Shown: positions 27,791 to 35,655, counted from the first letter of the stretch. The stretch: 35,824 nucleotides of DNA from a virus (IMGVR_UViG_3300032212_000090:1-35824), one strand, 5' to 3'. Numbers and translations are program-made. Notes: generated by a model not told the origin, from the sequence alone.

Positions 27791-28509
27791 TTGTAATTCC
27801 CCTCGATAATTTTTATGAAGTTTGCCCACTTGGTAATCCACTCAAGATTAGCTGTCCATCCCCTGTCGTTTTCACCATGAAGAAATTTTATTGATTTGCA
27901 AAAAGTGAAAAATGATTCCCACCACTCAAGATTGTTTCTAGGATCTCCGTTTTCGTTTTCAGAGTTCCATATTTTTTTAATTTGTTTTTTACGTGTATCA
28001 GTGAGTTGTTTGCAAGCGGGTAAATCTGTGAGGATTTTATTTGAAAGTTTTTTAATTTCTTCGTAAGGGACTAGTGTTTTTATATCTTCTCTTCTCTTCT
28101 CTTCTTTAGGTAACGCTGCTGGCGTTACTTTTGCGTTACCTTTTCCGTTACCTATTTCACTAGCCTTATTTTTGTGTTTAGCCTGTCTTTTAGCGGTTAA
28201 AGCGCGTTTTTTTCCTGTTTCTCCGTTATGTCTATCGAAGTTTGGAACCTCTAAACCGTCATCAGTTTGCACCAACCACCCTGCATCAACCATTGCATCT
28301 GCAAAACCTGAAACGCTAGTGATACGATTTATTAACGTTTTAGTAACGCTTGGAGCGTTACCGTTTTCAGTGTGTTGATCGAACCAAGCCCATACTCTAA
28401 ACAGCTTTCCAAAAGCCGCATCAGGGTCAATATCGAACGCTTCCGCTATAGCAAAAACTTCTGGTTTATCGGGAGTCGTTAACTCCATCTTGATCCAATC
28501 ACCCGCCAT
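27787..28509 (-). CDS. Replication initiator (O-like)
   Basis: MAGDWIKM start, EEKRRE linker, upstream of dnaB, internal iterons. Confidence 0.85.
   Translation of the reverse strand: MAGDWIKMELTTPDKPEVFAIAEAFDIDPDAAFGKLFRVWAWFDQHTENGNAPSVTKTLINRITSVSGFADAMVDAGWLVQTDDGLEVPNFDRHNGETGKKRALTAKRQAKHKNKASEIGNGKGNAKVTPAALPKEEKRREDIKTLVPYEEIKKLSNKILTDLPACKQLTDTRKKQIKKIWNSENENGDPRNNLEWWESFFTFCKSIKFLHGENDRGWTANLEWITKWANFIKIIEGNYK
28085..28152. other. Putative replication origin with iterons
   Basis: CGTTAC x3 plus inverted GTAACG at 28110-28151, next to a (CTTCT)n tract and AT-rich DNA. Confidence 0.65.
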
Positions 28510-28580
28510 TTACGTTCCTGTGTTACACACTAAATTTATTTTTATCCCTTGTTCCTTTTGTCGCTTCCTTGCGTTTATTT

Positions 28581-28946
28581 TTAACTTGCTTCTAAACTTA
28601 ATAATTCTTGTTTAAGTTTTTTAATCTTTAATTCTTTTTCGCTTGGCTTCTCTAACTTAAAGCCCATTTGCTTGGCTTCAAATTGAAGTGGAATTAGGTT
28701 TCCACATAAAGTCATTAAGTCAGTTCTTTTCGCATCAGGAAAATGTGCTGCACCTGATAAGATTCTTGAAAAGTGGCCTTTATCAATTCCCAATGAGTTG
28801 GCTATATCCGATAACGGATACCTAACTTTTCTTGCATCGATACAAAGTAAAATCGCTTCTTTGCCATCTTTGCAATTCGCAAATAGGGAATCGCTAACCA
28901 TTTCGGGCTTAGGTAACTGGTTGAATATCCTCATTTGTGTTTGCAT
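28581..28946 (-). CDS. HTH regulator in CII position
   Basis: LSDIANSLGIDKGHFSRIL; between cro and initiator. Confidence 0.7.
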   Translation of the reverse strand: MQTQMRIFNQLPKPEMVSDSLFANCKDGKEAILLCIDARKVRYPLSDIANSLGIDKGHFSRILSGAAHFPDAKRTDLMTLCGNLIPLQFEAKQMGFKLEKPSEKELKIKKLKQELLSLEAS

Positions 28947-29027
28947 TTCCTACTCCTATAAAAAATACTTGTTCAATTGTTTGTTGTTGCTTGTGGCGTT
29001 GACTATCCCTTATCAACTAAAATTTTT

Positions 29028-29243
29028 TTAACTTAAAACTTTTGGAGCTTTACCATAAATGTCAGGCCGCAACTTATATCGTGATATACCTGTGATTTTT
29101 TCAACGGCTGGTACGCGCTTAGGGGGTACTTCTAACCACTTCCCTATTGATTGCGCTGTTAGTGGCTCCTGGCCTTTTGTAGATGAAATAAGTCGAGCTA
29201 ATTCCGCCTGCGTTATATCTTTGCAAATTTGTTTAATATTCAT
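29028..29243 (-). CDS. cro: Cro-like (YdaS-type) repressor
   Basis: TQAELAR..QSIGKW..VP..V..ITG.SR..LRPDIY; divergent from cI. Confidence 0.85.
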   Translation of the reverse strand: MNIKQICKDITQAELARLISSTKGQEPLTAQSIGKWLEVPPKRVPAVEKITGISRYKLRPDIYGKAPKVLS

Positions 29244-29250
29244 AGACTCA

Positions 29251-29279
29251 AGAGTAAGCCATAGACTTAGCTTTGTCAA
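29251..29279 (-). promoter_or_regulatory. pR-like promoter with overlapping operator
   Basis: TTGACA-N17-TACTCT; operator TAAGCC-ATA-GACTTA at 29255-29269. Confidence 0.85.
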
Positions 29280-29356
29280 GATTAAATACTCTTTAGGCTT
29301 ATTCCCTTGTTTTTTGGTAAGTTGAAATGTTAGCGATTGACTGCAAAAATATTCCT

Positions 29357-29788
29357 ATGGAAATTTCATTAGACATGCAAAATAAAGCCAGAAGAATTGA
29401 TGAGGCTATTCGGCGAATTGAAGGCACTAAAGCTGAAATAGCGAGGGAGATTGGTATATCAGCTCAGTCTTTAGGCGCATCCACAAAGAACGGCAAATTA
29501 AGCTATGAGAAGGCTTCTAAGCTTGCCAAATTAGCTAGTTTGAACCCTGAATGGATTATGACGGGTAAAGGCGAGAAAGAAGCCCTAGAAGCCCTAAAAG
29601 GGCTTGATGTAAATAGGCTTGCTAGAATAATGGATGCTGTTGATAGGATCGCCGCCGAGGGTGATTATTCTAATGTCGTAAAGTCTGCTGCTGTTGCTTA
29701 CTTCTATTCTCTTGAGGATGAAGAGCCTCCCAAAAAGGCGGTTGTGTCCTACCTAGATGTACATAAACAGCAAGAAAAGCTATTTTAG
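29357..29788 (+). CDS. cI: CI-like repressor lacking S24 peptidase domain (start uncertain: 29327/29357/29375)
   Basis: HTH TKAEIAREIGISAQSL, LNPEWIMTGKG; short helical C-terminus. Confidence 0.8.
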   Translation: MEISLDMQNKARRIDEAIRRIEGTKAEIAREIGISAQSLGASTKNGKLSYEKASKLAKLASLNPEWIMTGKGEKEALEALKGLDVNRLARIMDAVDRIAAEGDYSNVVKSAAVAYFYSLEDEEPPKKAVVSYLDVHKQQEKLF

Positions 29789-29891
29789 TTGCATTTCGCA
29801 CCATTTATTCCCCTTTTTTGATCTAACTGCCTAAAAAACATACAATTCAGCCTCCGAGGTAGCATTTCCATAAATACGTTGTGAGGTACGT

Positions 29892-30152
29892 ATGAATGAC
29901 AATAAGATGCGGCAGGTACTATCGGTAGCTCAACAACAAGAAAAACAAAACGCTAGCGATTCCGCAAGAGATCCAAAATACAGCATGAAAGACATTATCA
30001 AAGTAGCCATTATAGTGGTTCATATGGCTATTACTGTGGTCTTATTTTTACATGTGATGCATTTAGACGCAGAAGTTAAGCGTGTCTCAGATGAGCAGAT
30101 ACGCCGCACTACAGCGATTGAATTGATTACTAGCGACCATCTAAACAAATAA
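29892..30152 (+). CDS. Single-TM protein in immunity region
   Basis: GAGGT SD; central TM helix. Confidence 0.7.
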   Translation: MNDNKMRQVLSVAQQQEKQNASDSARDPKYSMKDIIKVAIIVVHMAITVVLFLHVMHLDAEVKRVSDEQIRRTTAIELITSDHLNK

Positions 30153-30210
30153 CCCTCCTTATACACAATAAGCTTTAGGGCTTAATTTCGATCTTTTTTC
30201 ACTCCTTAGC

Positions 30211-30239
30211 TTGACTTAACTAAGCCTTTGGCTTATGCT
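30211..30239 (+). promoter_or_regulatory. pL-like promoter with operator
   Basis: TTGACT-N17-TATGCT; perfect palindrome TAAGCC-TTT-GGCTTA at 30221-30235; related site at 30169-30184. Confidence 0.87.
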
Positions 30240-30267
30240 TGTTTCAAATGAAGAAACGAGGTGAACC

Positions 30268-30585
30268 ATGAATAGTCGAGAAGCAGCAACCATCCTTTAC
30301 TCAGGCATAAGCGATCCAGTTCTTGCGGCTGAGCTTTATTACGAAAGACAAGAGGCTTTAACTGAATCAAGAGCGATTCGAGAACAAGAGTTATTTGACG
30401 ATTATAAAAACGATGAAGGCTCTGTATTAGACGCTTTTAGAGATGCCGCTTTAGACGTTCAAGACTTAGACATTAAAACCATAACATCGTTTTACGCTGA
30501 TGAAGATCACACAGCGTTAGGAATGGTTGTGGCTAAGTTAATGGACAAGCAAATTAGATTAATGGTTGATGGAGAGCTTTCATGA
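30268..30585 (+). CDS. Hypothetical early protein (acidic)
   Basis: GAGGTG SD; first pL gene. Confidence 0.75.
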   Translation: MNSREAATILYSGISDPVLAAELYYERQEALTESRAIREQELFDDYKNDEGSVLDAFRDAALDVQDLDIKTITSFYADEDHTALGMVVAKLMDKQIRLMVDGELS

Positions 30586-30662
30586 AAACAATTAACAACG
30601 CTATTGAATATTTATTATTCGTTGCGGCTCTTTTGTTCATTATTGCCCAGGGGTTGTTATGA
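30582..30662 (+). CDS. Small membrane peptide, 26 aa (not in ORF track)
   Basis: ATGA overlaps at both ends; GGAG SD. Confidence 0.55.
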   Translation: MKTINNAIEYLLFVAALLFIIAQGLL

Positions 30663-30853
30663 GTCTCGCACAAGTTATTTACCTTGATGAAGTTGACGAA
30701 ATATTAGAAGCCAAAATAACGAAGGCTTATAACGAATTTCTAAACGCTCAAGGAAAGGAAAACATGGTTAATGCTTATTTAGAATTTAAAAGATTATTAG
30801 GCATGAGAAGCGCCGAACAAATTAAGAAGATGGAGAAGGAGCAAGGATTATGA
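30659..30853 (+). CDS. Hypothetical protein
   Basis: Coupled ORF; RSAEQIKKME tail. Confidence 0.65.
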   Translation: MSLAQVIYLDEVDEILEAKITKAYNEFLNAQGKENMVNAYLEFKRLLGMRSAEQIKKMEKEQGL

Positions 30854-31015
30854 AACTTAAAAAATTAAGACGTAAATCGGATCGCACTTGGTTGGTTTGG
30901 TTATGGGATAACGAATTATTTTACCACTTAAAGGACTTTAAAAAATGAAAGACTTTAAGAACATAGGAAGGAATAAGTTAGAAAAAATATTTGATTGGCT
31001 ACAGGAGGTCATGAC

Positions 31016-31702
31016 ATGAGTAAGACAGAATTAAAAACAGTTAATAGTCAGGTGATAACACCGATTGACATTATTAATAGCGGTCAAGAGTTATCTGTTG
31101 AAAAGATGCAGCAATTAATGGATATGCAGTTTAAATGGGAAGAGAACGAAGCTAAGAAGGCTTACGTTAACGCTATGTCTGAATTTAGATCTAAATGCCC
31201 TTCTATTGATAGAACTAAGTCAGCGTATAACTCAAATTACGCAGGATTAGCTGAAACAATAGAGCAAATTAAATCTTTACTATCTAAGTACGGCCTGTCT
31301 CATTCTTGGAAAACAGACCAAGAAGGAAACCAAGTAAAAGTAACTTGTATTGTTACTCACTCACAAGGTCACTCCGAGTCTACTTCTTTAATGGCTGAAC
31401 CTGATAACTCAGGGAGTAAAAATAAAATACAAGCTATGGCTTCGACCGTTTCATATTTAGAGCGATATACCCTATTTGCTATTTTAGGTCTGGCTTCTAA
31501 AGAAATGGACACAGACGGAAATATTGATCCTAAACTTATCACGCCCGAACAAGCAAAAACTTTAAACGCTTTAATTAAAGAAGTCGGCGCAAATGAAAAA
31601 GGCTTTTTACAATATTTAGGTGTTAGCTGTTTAGAAAACCTACAAGCTACTAATTTTGACGCGGCTGTAAATGCGCTTAACCAAAAAAGGAAAAGCAAAT
31701 GA
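31016..31702 (+). CDS. erf: ERF-family single-strand annealing protein
   Basis: YAGL..I..LLSKYGLS..H.QGHSE..QAMASTVSYLERY..GL..DTDG. Confidence 0.9.
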   Translation: MSKTELKTVNSQVITPIDIINSGQELSVEKMQQLMDMQFKWEENEAKKAYVNAMSEFRSKCPSIDRTKSAYNSNYAGLAETIEQIKSLLSKYGLSHSWKTDQEGNQVKVTCIVTHSQGHSESTSLMAEPDNSGSKNKIQAMASTVSYLERYTLFAILGLASKEMDTDGNIDPKLITPEQAKTLNALIKEVGANEKGFLQYLGVSCLENLQATNFDAAVNALNQKRKSK

Positions 31703-32313
31703 TTATTTTAGACGTAGTTCAAAATTCGCCAGAATGGTTTGAAGCAAGAATGGGTATCCCGACCGCCTCAAGCTTTGACAAAATAATTACCTCAACAGGC
31801 AAGCCAAGCACTCAAGCTAAATCTTATATGAATAAGTTATTGGCTGAATGGTTAACAGGTGAAAGCGATTCCATTAAACAAAACGAATGGATGGAGCGCG
31901 GCCATGAATTAGAAGGTCAAGCAAGGTCTTTGTATGGTTTTTTAAATGACTGCGAACCAAAACAAGTCGGGTTAATTTACAAAGATGATAGGAAGTTAGT
32001 TTCTTGTTCGCCTGATTCTTTGTTAGACGATAAAGGTCATGAAATTAAATGCCCTGCTCCGCATACCCACGTTGAGTATTTGTTAGCGGATAAATTACCA
32101 ACTAAATACAAAATACAAGTTCAAGGTTCTATGTATGTGACTGGTTTGGATAAATGGGTATTCCAATCTTTTCATCCTACTATGCCCTCCTTAATTTTAG
32201 AGGTCGGACGGGATGAGAAATTAATCAAATCAATTGATGAAGGTTTAAATAACTTCATTGATGAAATGTTAGAAAAACGCGAACAACTTAAACAACTAAA
32301 GGATGCAGCATAA
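31699..32313 (+). CDS. YqaJ/lambda-type exonuclease
   Basis: QNSPEWF..R..TAS, CSPD, EIKCP, QVQG. Confidence 0.92.
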   Translation: MIILDVVQNSPEWFEARMGIPTASSFDKIITSTGKPSTQAKSYMNKLLAEWLTGESDSIKQNEWMERGHELEGQARSLYGFLNDCEPKQVGLIYKDDRKLVSCSPDSLLDDKGHEIKCPAPHTHVEYLLADKLPTKYKIQVQGSMYVTGLDKWVFQSFHPTMPSLILEVGRDEKLIKSIDEGLNNFIDEMLEKREQLKQLKDAA

Positions 32314-32314
32314 A

Positions 32315-32611
32315 ATGAAAATAGGCTTAAGTGTAAAAATTGACGTTAAGAAGATAGATAAGGCTCGATTATTTGAGGGTAAAAAAGGTACTTATTTAGA
32401 TCTAACAACTTTCGTTGATTTAGATAACCAGGATGAATATAAGAACAACGGATTTATATCTCAATCAGTTACTAAAGAAGAAAGAGATCAAGGCGTAAAG
32501 ACTGACATTCTCGGTAATGTGAAAGTGTTTTATCAGGATTCAAACAATCAAGCACCGCAAGGACAACCACAACCAAGCAATGATTTTGATGATGAAAAGA
32601 TCCCATTTTGA
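32315..32611 (+). CDS. Single-stranded DNA-binding protein-like
   Basis: Follows ERF/exonuclease; acidic tail DFDDEKIPF. Confidence 0.7.
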   Translation: MKIGLSVKIDVKKIDKARLFEGKKGTYLDLTTFVDLDNQDEYKNNGFISQSVTKEERDQGVKTDILGNVKVFYQDSNNQAPQGQPQPSNDFDDEKIPF

Positions 32612-32838
32612 TTGACGATCCATTAAACAGATTAAAAGTTAAAAGAGGCTTTGACTTACCTCAAGCCAAATTAAACGACACGCTTGTAAAGGAAATACGA
32701 GCAACGGCAAAACTGAGAGAGGAAGTAAGGAAACTACTCTCTCAATACTCTAATGAGAATATAGCTAAGGAATATAACGTGCATCCAAATACAGTTGATA
32801 AATTAATACAAGGGTATACCTGGAGCCATGTTAAATAG
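32608..32838 (+). CDS. HTH protein
   Basis: AKLND..V..IR..IAKEYNVHPNTV..TWSHV. Confidence 0.65.
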   Translation: MIDDPLNRLKVKRGFDLPQAKLNDTLVKEIRATAKLREEVRKLLSQYSNENIAKEYNVHPNTVDKLIQGYTWSHVK

Positions 32839-32842
32839 TTTA

Positions 32843-32905
32843 TGGGGTTTCGGATACTTCTCGAAGTATAAAATGGCAGCACTAATAACGCTGTGCCGAA
32901 CCCCA
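32843..32905 (+). ncRNA. Putative three-way-junction RNA element
   Basis: TGGGGTTTCGG/CCGAACCCCA enclosing ATACTT/AAGTAT and GCAGC/GCTGT hairpins. Confidence 0.45.
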
Positions 32906-32957
32906 CCCATTAAAGAGGTAATGATATGAAAGAAGTTAAAACTAACAGGAGATTAAA

Positions 32958-33326
32958 ATGAGTAAACCAGAAGTAATTTCAATCGATGGCGTGGATTATG
33001 TTCGCGCTGACTCTAATAAGCTAGCAGAAGATTTAGATGGCATGAAATATTGTGTTATCCGCACTTATTCAGCAGGCGTACACATAGGATACGTTAAAGA
33101 TTTTGGCGAAAAGCATCCCCAGCATATGACGCTGGTTAACTCCCGTAGGTTACATTATTGGAGTGGTGCGGCAAGTCTTTCACAAGTTGCTATGGATGGA
33201 GTCGATGATACATCACGCATTGCCATTGCTTTACCTGAAATTGAGTTAACCGATGTTATTGAGGTTATACCTTGCTCTGAAAAAGCGGCTGAGTTTTTTA
33301 GAGGCGCGAAAGAATGGAAAAAATAA
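32958..33326 (+). CDS. DUF6948-like protein
   Basis: VIRTYSAGVHIG..SRRLHYWSGAASLSQVA.DG..EVIPCS pattern, recognised from memory; AGGAG SD. Confidence 0.7.
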   Translation: MSKPEVISIDGVDYVRADSNKLAEDLDGMKYCVIRTYSAGVHIGYVKDFGEKHPQHMTLVNSRRLHYWSGAASLSQVAMDGVDDTSRIAIALPEIELTDVIEVIPCSEKAAEFFRGAKEWKK

Positions 33327-33592
33327 AACTTTGTAGTATGCGATACGCTAAGCCTGATGGCTCTGGCGATGGCTCTGGCTCTGGCTCTGGCGATGGCTCT
33401 GGCTCTGGCTCTGGCTCTGGCTATGGCGATGGCTATGGCTCTGGCTCTGGCGATGGCTCTGGCGATGGCTATGGCTCTGGCTATGGCGATGGCTATGGCT
33501 CTGGCTCTGGCGATGGCTATGGCTCTGGCTATGGCGATGGCTATGGCTCTGGCTCTGGCTATGGCGATGGCTCTGGCGATGGCTATGGCTAA
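33314..33592 (+). CDS. (Gly-X)38 low-complexity protein, X = S/D/Y
   Basis: GAGG SD, 15-aa leader then strict Gly alternation. Confidence 0.7.
   Translation: MEKIKLCSMRYAKPDGSGDGSGSGSGDGSGSGSGSGYGDGYGSGSGDGSGDGYGSGYGDGYGSGSGDGYGSGYGDGYGSGSGYGDGSGDGYG
33359..33592 (+). repeat. Hexamer tandem array GGCTCT/GGCGAT/GGCTAT
   Basis: 38 units (18 GS, 10 GD, 10 GY) closed by GGCTAA. Confidence 0.97.
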
Positions 33593-33606
33593 CTAACAGG
33601 TGATAT

Positions 33607-33735
33607 ATGAAAAACCTAAAAGCTAAAGCAATGATAACCGCCTTTCTAGTGGGTGCTCCTGTACCGCCTAATGATTTAGCTAGAAAGATAGTCGTGGGTA
33701 CAAGTTTATATTGGGTGATGAATGAGCAAACTTAA
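33607..33735 (+). CDS. Hypothetical protein, 42 aa (not in ORF track)
   Basis: AGGTG SD. Confidence 0.5.
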   Translation: MKNLKAKAMITAFLVGAPVPPNDLARKIVVGTSLYWVMNEQT

Positions 33736-33755
33736 AAGATTAGCGGAGAAAATTT

Positions 33756-34034
33756 ATGCCGGATAATAAACTAACTCCGCAACAAGCCTATAACCAACTA
33801 TCCACCCCTGAAAACAAAGAGGCATTAGATGTGCTATGGGGGGAGATTGAGAGGTTAAAGATGAATAACAAGCAACTTTATAATGCTGAACTTGATAACA
33901 CTCACTTGCTAGCGGAGATAAAAGAGTTAAAGCGCATTTTATTTTTTACTAAAGAATCAGTCGAATGCTTACCTAAATCCTTTGGCTTTTCAATAACGCA
34001 TTTAAAGCAAATAAATAAGGCATTAAACAAATGA
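33756..34034 (+). CDS. Hypothetical protein
   Basis: GGAG SD; coiled coil. Confidence 0.65.
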   Translation: MPDNKLTPQQAYNQLSTPENKEALDVLWGEIERLKMNNKQLYNAELDNTHLLAEIKELKRILFFTKESVECLPKSFGFSITHLKQINKALNK

Positions 34035-34097
34035 ACAATAAAGAATTAAAGCCAAACGTGAATGATTTAATTAATGGTATGCCTGTTATAGGGGTAG

Positions 34098-34364
34098 ATG
34101 ATGAGAATAGGTGAGATTAAATTAAGTCGATTTTTTATTGAAAGTAAAACTGCTGTAAAAGTATTTAGAATCTTGGAATTTATCCCGACTAATATTGAGT
34201 TTCGGCATGAATGGGGCGGTTATATGTACACTGGGTTATCGCCTTGCTTTGATGAAGTTGAAAAAGGCTGTGTGATTAATGAGTATGAAATCATCATAAC
34301 CCAAAAGAACGAGGCTGATTTTTCTATAGACTTGATTAATCTTACGAAAAACAAGGATATTTAG
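34098..34364 (+). CDS. Hypothetical protein
   Basis: ORF in early operon. Confidence 0.6.
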   Translation: MMRIGEIKLSRFFIESKTAVKVFRILEFIPTNIEFRHEWGGYMYTGLSPCFDEVEKGCVINEYEIIITQKNEADFSIDLINLTKNKDI

Positions 34365-34397
34365 AAAGTACATAAACGTACTTACGAAAAACAAGGA
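34341..34397 (+). repeat. 17-bp direct repeat
   Basis: CTTACGAAAAACAAGGA at 34341-34357 and 34381-34397. Confidence 0.9.
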
Positions 34398-34446
34398 ATA
34401 ACGATGGTATACCTAACCTTTATAAGCATATTAGTAAAATAAAACC

Positions 34447-34641
34447 ATGTTTTTAACTAGAGAAGAACTGATAGATTTAACAGGCTACCAAAGAGCTACT
34501 TATATGATAAGCAAGCTTAAAGAGTACGGCTTGAGGTTCTTTATTGCGGCTGACGGGTATCCTAGAGTGATTAGGTCTGACCTAGAATCCCAAAAACATA
34601 CGAAAAAAACCACTCCAAATATTCAATTCCTTCAAAAATAA
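34447..34641 (+). CDS. xis: Excisionase (DUF4224-like)
   Basis: FLTREEL.DLTGY..L...G..F...DG.P.V; directly before int. Confidence 0.8.
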   Translation: MFLTREELIDLTGYQRATYMISKLKEYGLRFFIAADGYPRVIRSDLESQKHTKKTTPNIQFLQK

Positions 34642-34653
34642 GGTTAATCTCTA

Positions 34654-35655
34654 GTGATGGGAAGAAAACGACAATCTGGACAAGACCTACCTTCAAGAGT
34701 TTATAAAAAACATGGCGCTTATTACTTTATTGATAAGGATAAAAAGTGGCATCGTTTAGGTAAAGACTTTTACGAGGCTATGATTAAATATGCTGAATTA
34801 AACGATCAAGATATACCTTGCACCACCCTATCCCCCATCATTGATAGGTACTTAAAAGAAATAATCCCTAACAAAGCCCCCTCCACTCAAAGGACTAACT
34901 TTGAAGAAGTTAAGCTTCTAAGAGGTGTTTTCGGCCATATGAAGCCTGAAGAGGTGGAGCCTCAAGATATTTATAAATACATGGACGCTAGACAAGCCCC
35001 CATAAGAGCTAATCGAGAACTTGCCCTACTTTCTAATATATATAGTTACGCTATTAGATGGGGTTACGCTAAAGACAATCCATGTAAATTGGTTAAAAGA
35101 AACAAAGAAAAACCTAGAGATAGATATGTAACCGATAAGGAATTTTGGGCAGTTTATGATATAGCTGAGTACAGCCCTGTTATCCAGGTGGCTATGATGT
35201 TAACCGCTATCACAGGCTTAAGAAGTACCGACCTAAGAGAATTAAAATACTCTCAATGCGCCGAGCAAGGTCTAGTGGTTACTTTAAGTAAAACTAAAAA
35301 TCGAACAGGTAAAACAATTATATTTGAGTGGTCGGATGAATTAAAAGAGATTATCGATAGAAGTAAAAAACTACATGATACCGAAAAGAAAAAAGCTCAA
35401 ATAACTTCAATGTATATTTTAAGTAACCGCAAAGGCCAGCCCTATACCGCCTCTGGTTTTAAAGCGATGTTTCGTAGAACAATGCTTAAGGCTAAAGAAG
35501 AAGGTATAGAGTGGTTCCAGTTTAGAGACATAAGGGCTAAAGCTGGATCGGACGATGAAGACGGTTCTTTATTAGGTCATAGCGATACTAAAACTCTAAA
35601 CAAGCATTACAGAAGAAAACCACAATTAGCGACTCCATTGAGCTTAAAAAGGTAA
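34654..35655 (+). CDS. int: Tyrosine integrase
   Basis: TGLR, K, FRDIR, LLGH, HY catalytic motifs; next to attP. Confidence 0.95.
   Translation: MMGRKRQSGQDLPSRVYKKHGAYYFIDKDKKWHRLGKDFYEAMIKYAELNDQDIPCTTLSPIIDRYLKEIIPNKAPSTQRTNFEEVKLLRGVFGHMKPEEVEPQDIYKYMDARQAPIRANRELALLSNIYSYAIRWGYAKDNPCKLVKRNKEKPRDRYVTDKEFWAVYDIAEYSPVIQVAMMLTAITGLRSTDLRELKYSQCAEQGLVVTLSKTKNRTGKTIIFEWSDELKEIIDRSKKLHDTEKKKAQITSMYILSNRKGQPYTASGFKAMFRRTMLKAKEEGIEWFQFRDIRAKAGSDDEDGSLLGHSDTKTLNKHYRRKPQLATPLSLKR

Noticed and set aside
3120-31698. Short ORFs antisense to real genes (e.g. 3120, 4650, 4992, 5328, 9731, 9982, 10528, 13580, 14644, 14974, 18007, 19050, 19634, 20234, 20482, 23207, 27132, 27609, 27625, 28172, 28798, 29059, 31369)
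   Set aside because: Shadow frames of genes in tightly coupled operons; no recognisable motifs
32843-32905. Hammerhead ribozyme or intrinsic terminator
   Set aside because: No CUGANGA core on either strand; no U tract after the stem
33359-33592. CRISPR array or DGR template
   Set aside because: Contiguous 6-bp units with no spacers; no cas or reverse transcriptase gene in the window
33357-33596. MALAMA-repeat ORF
   Set aside because: Alternative frame of the hexamer array with no evident SD; the Gly-X frame has an SD and a leader
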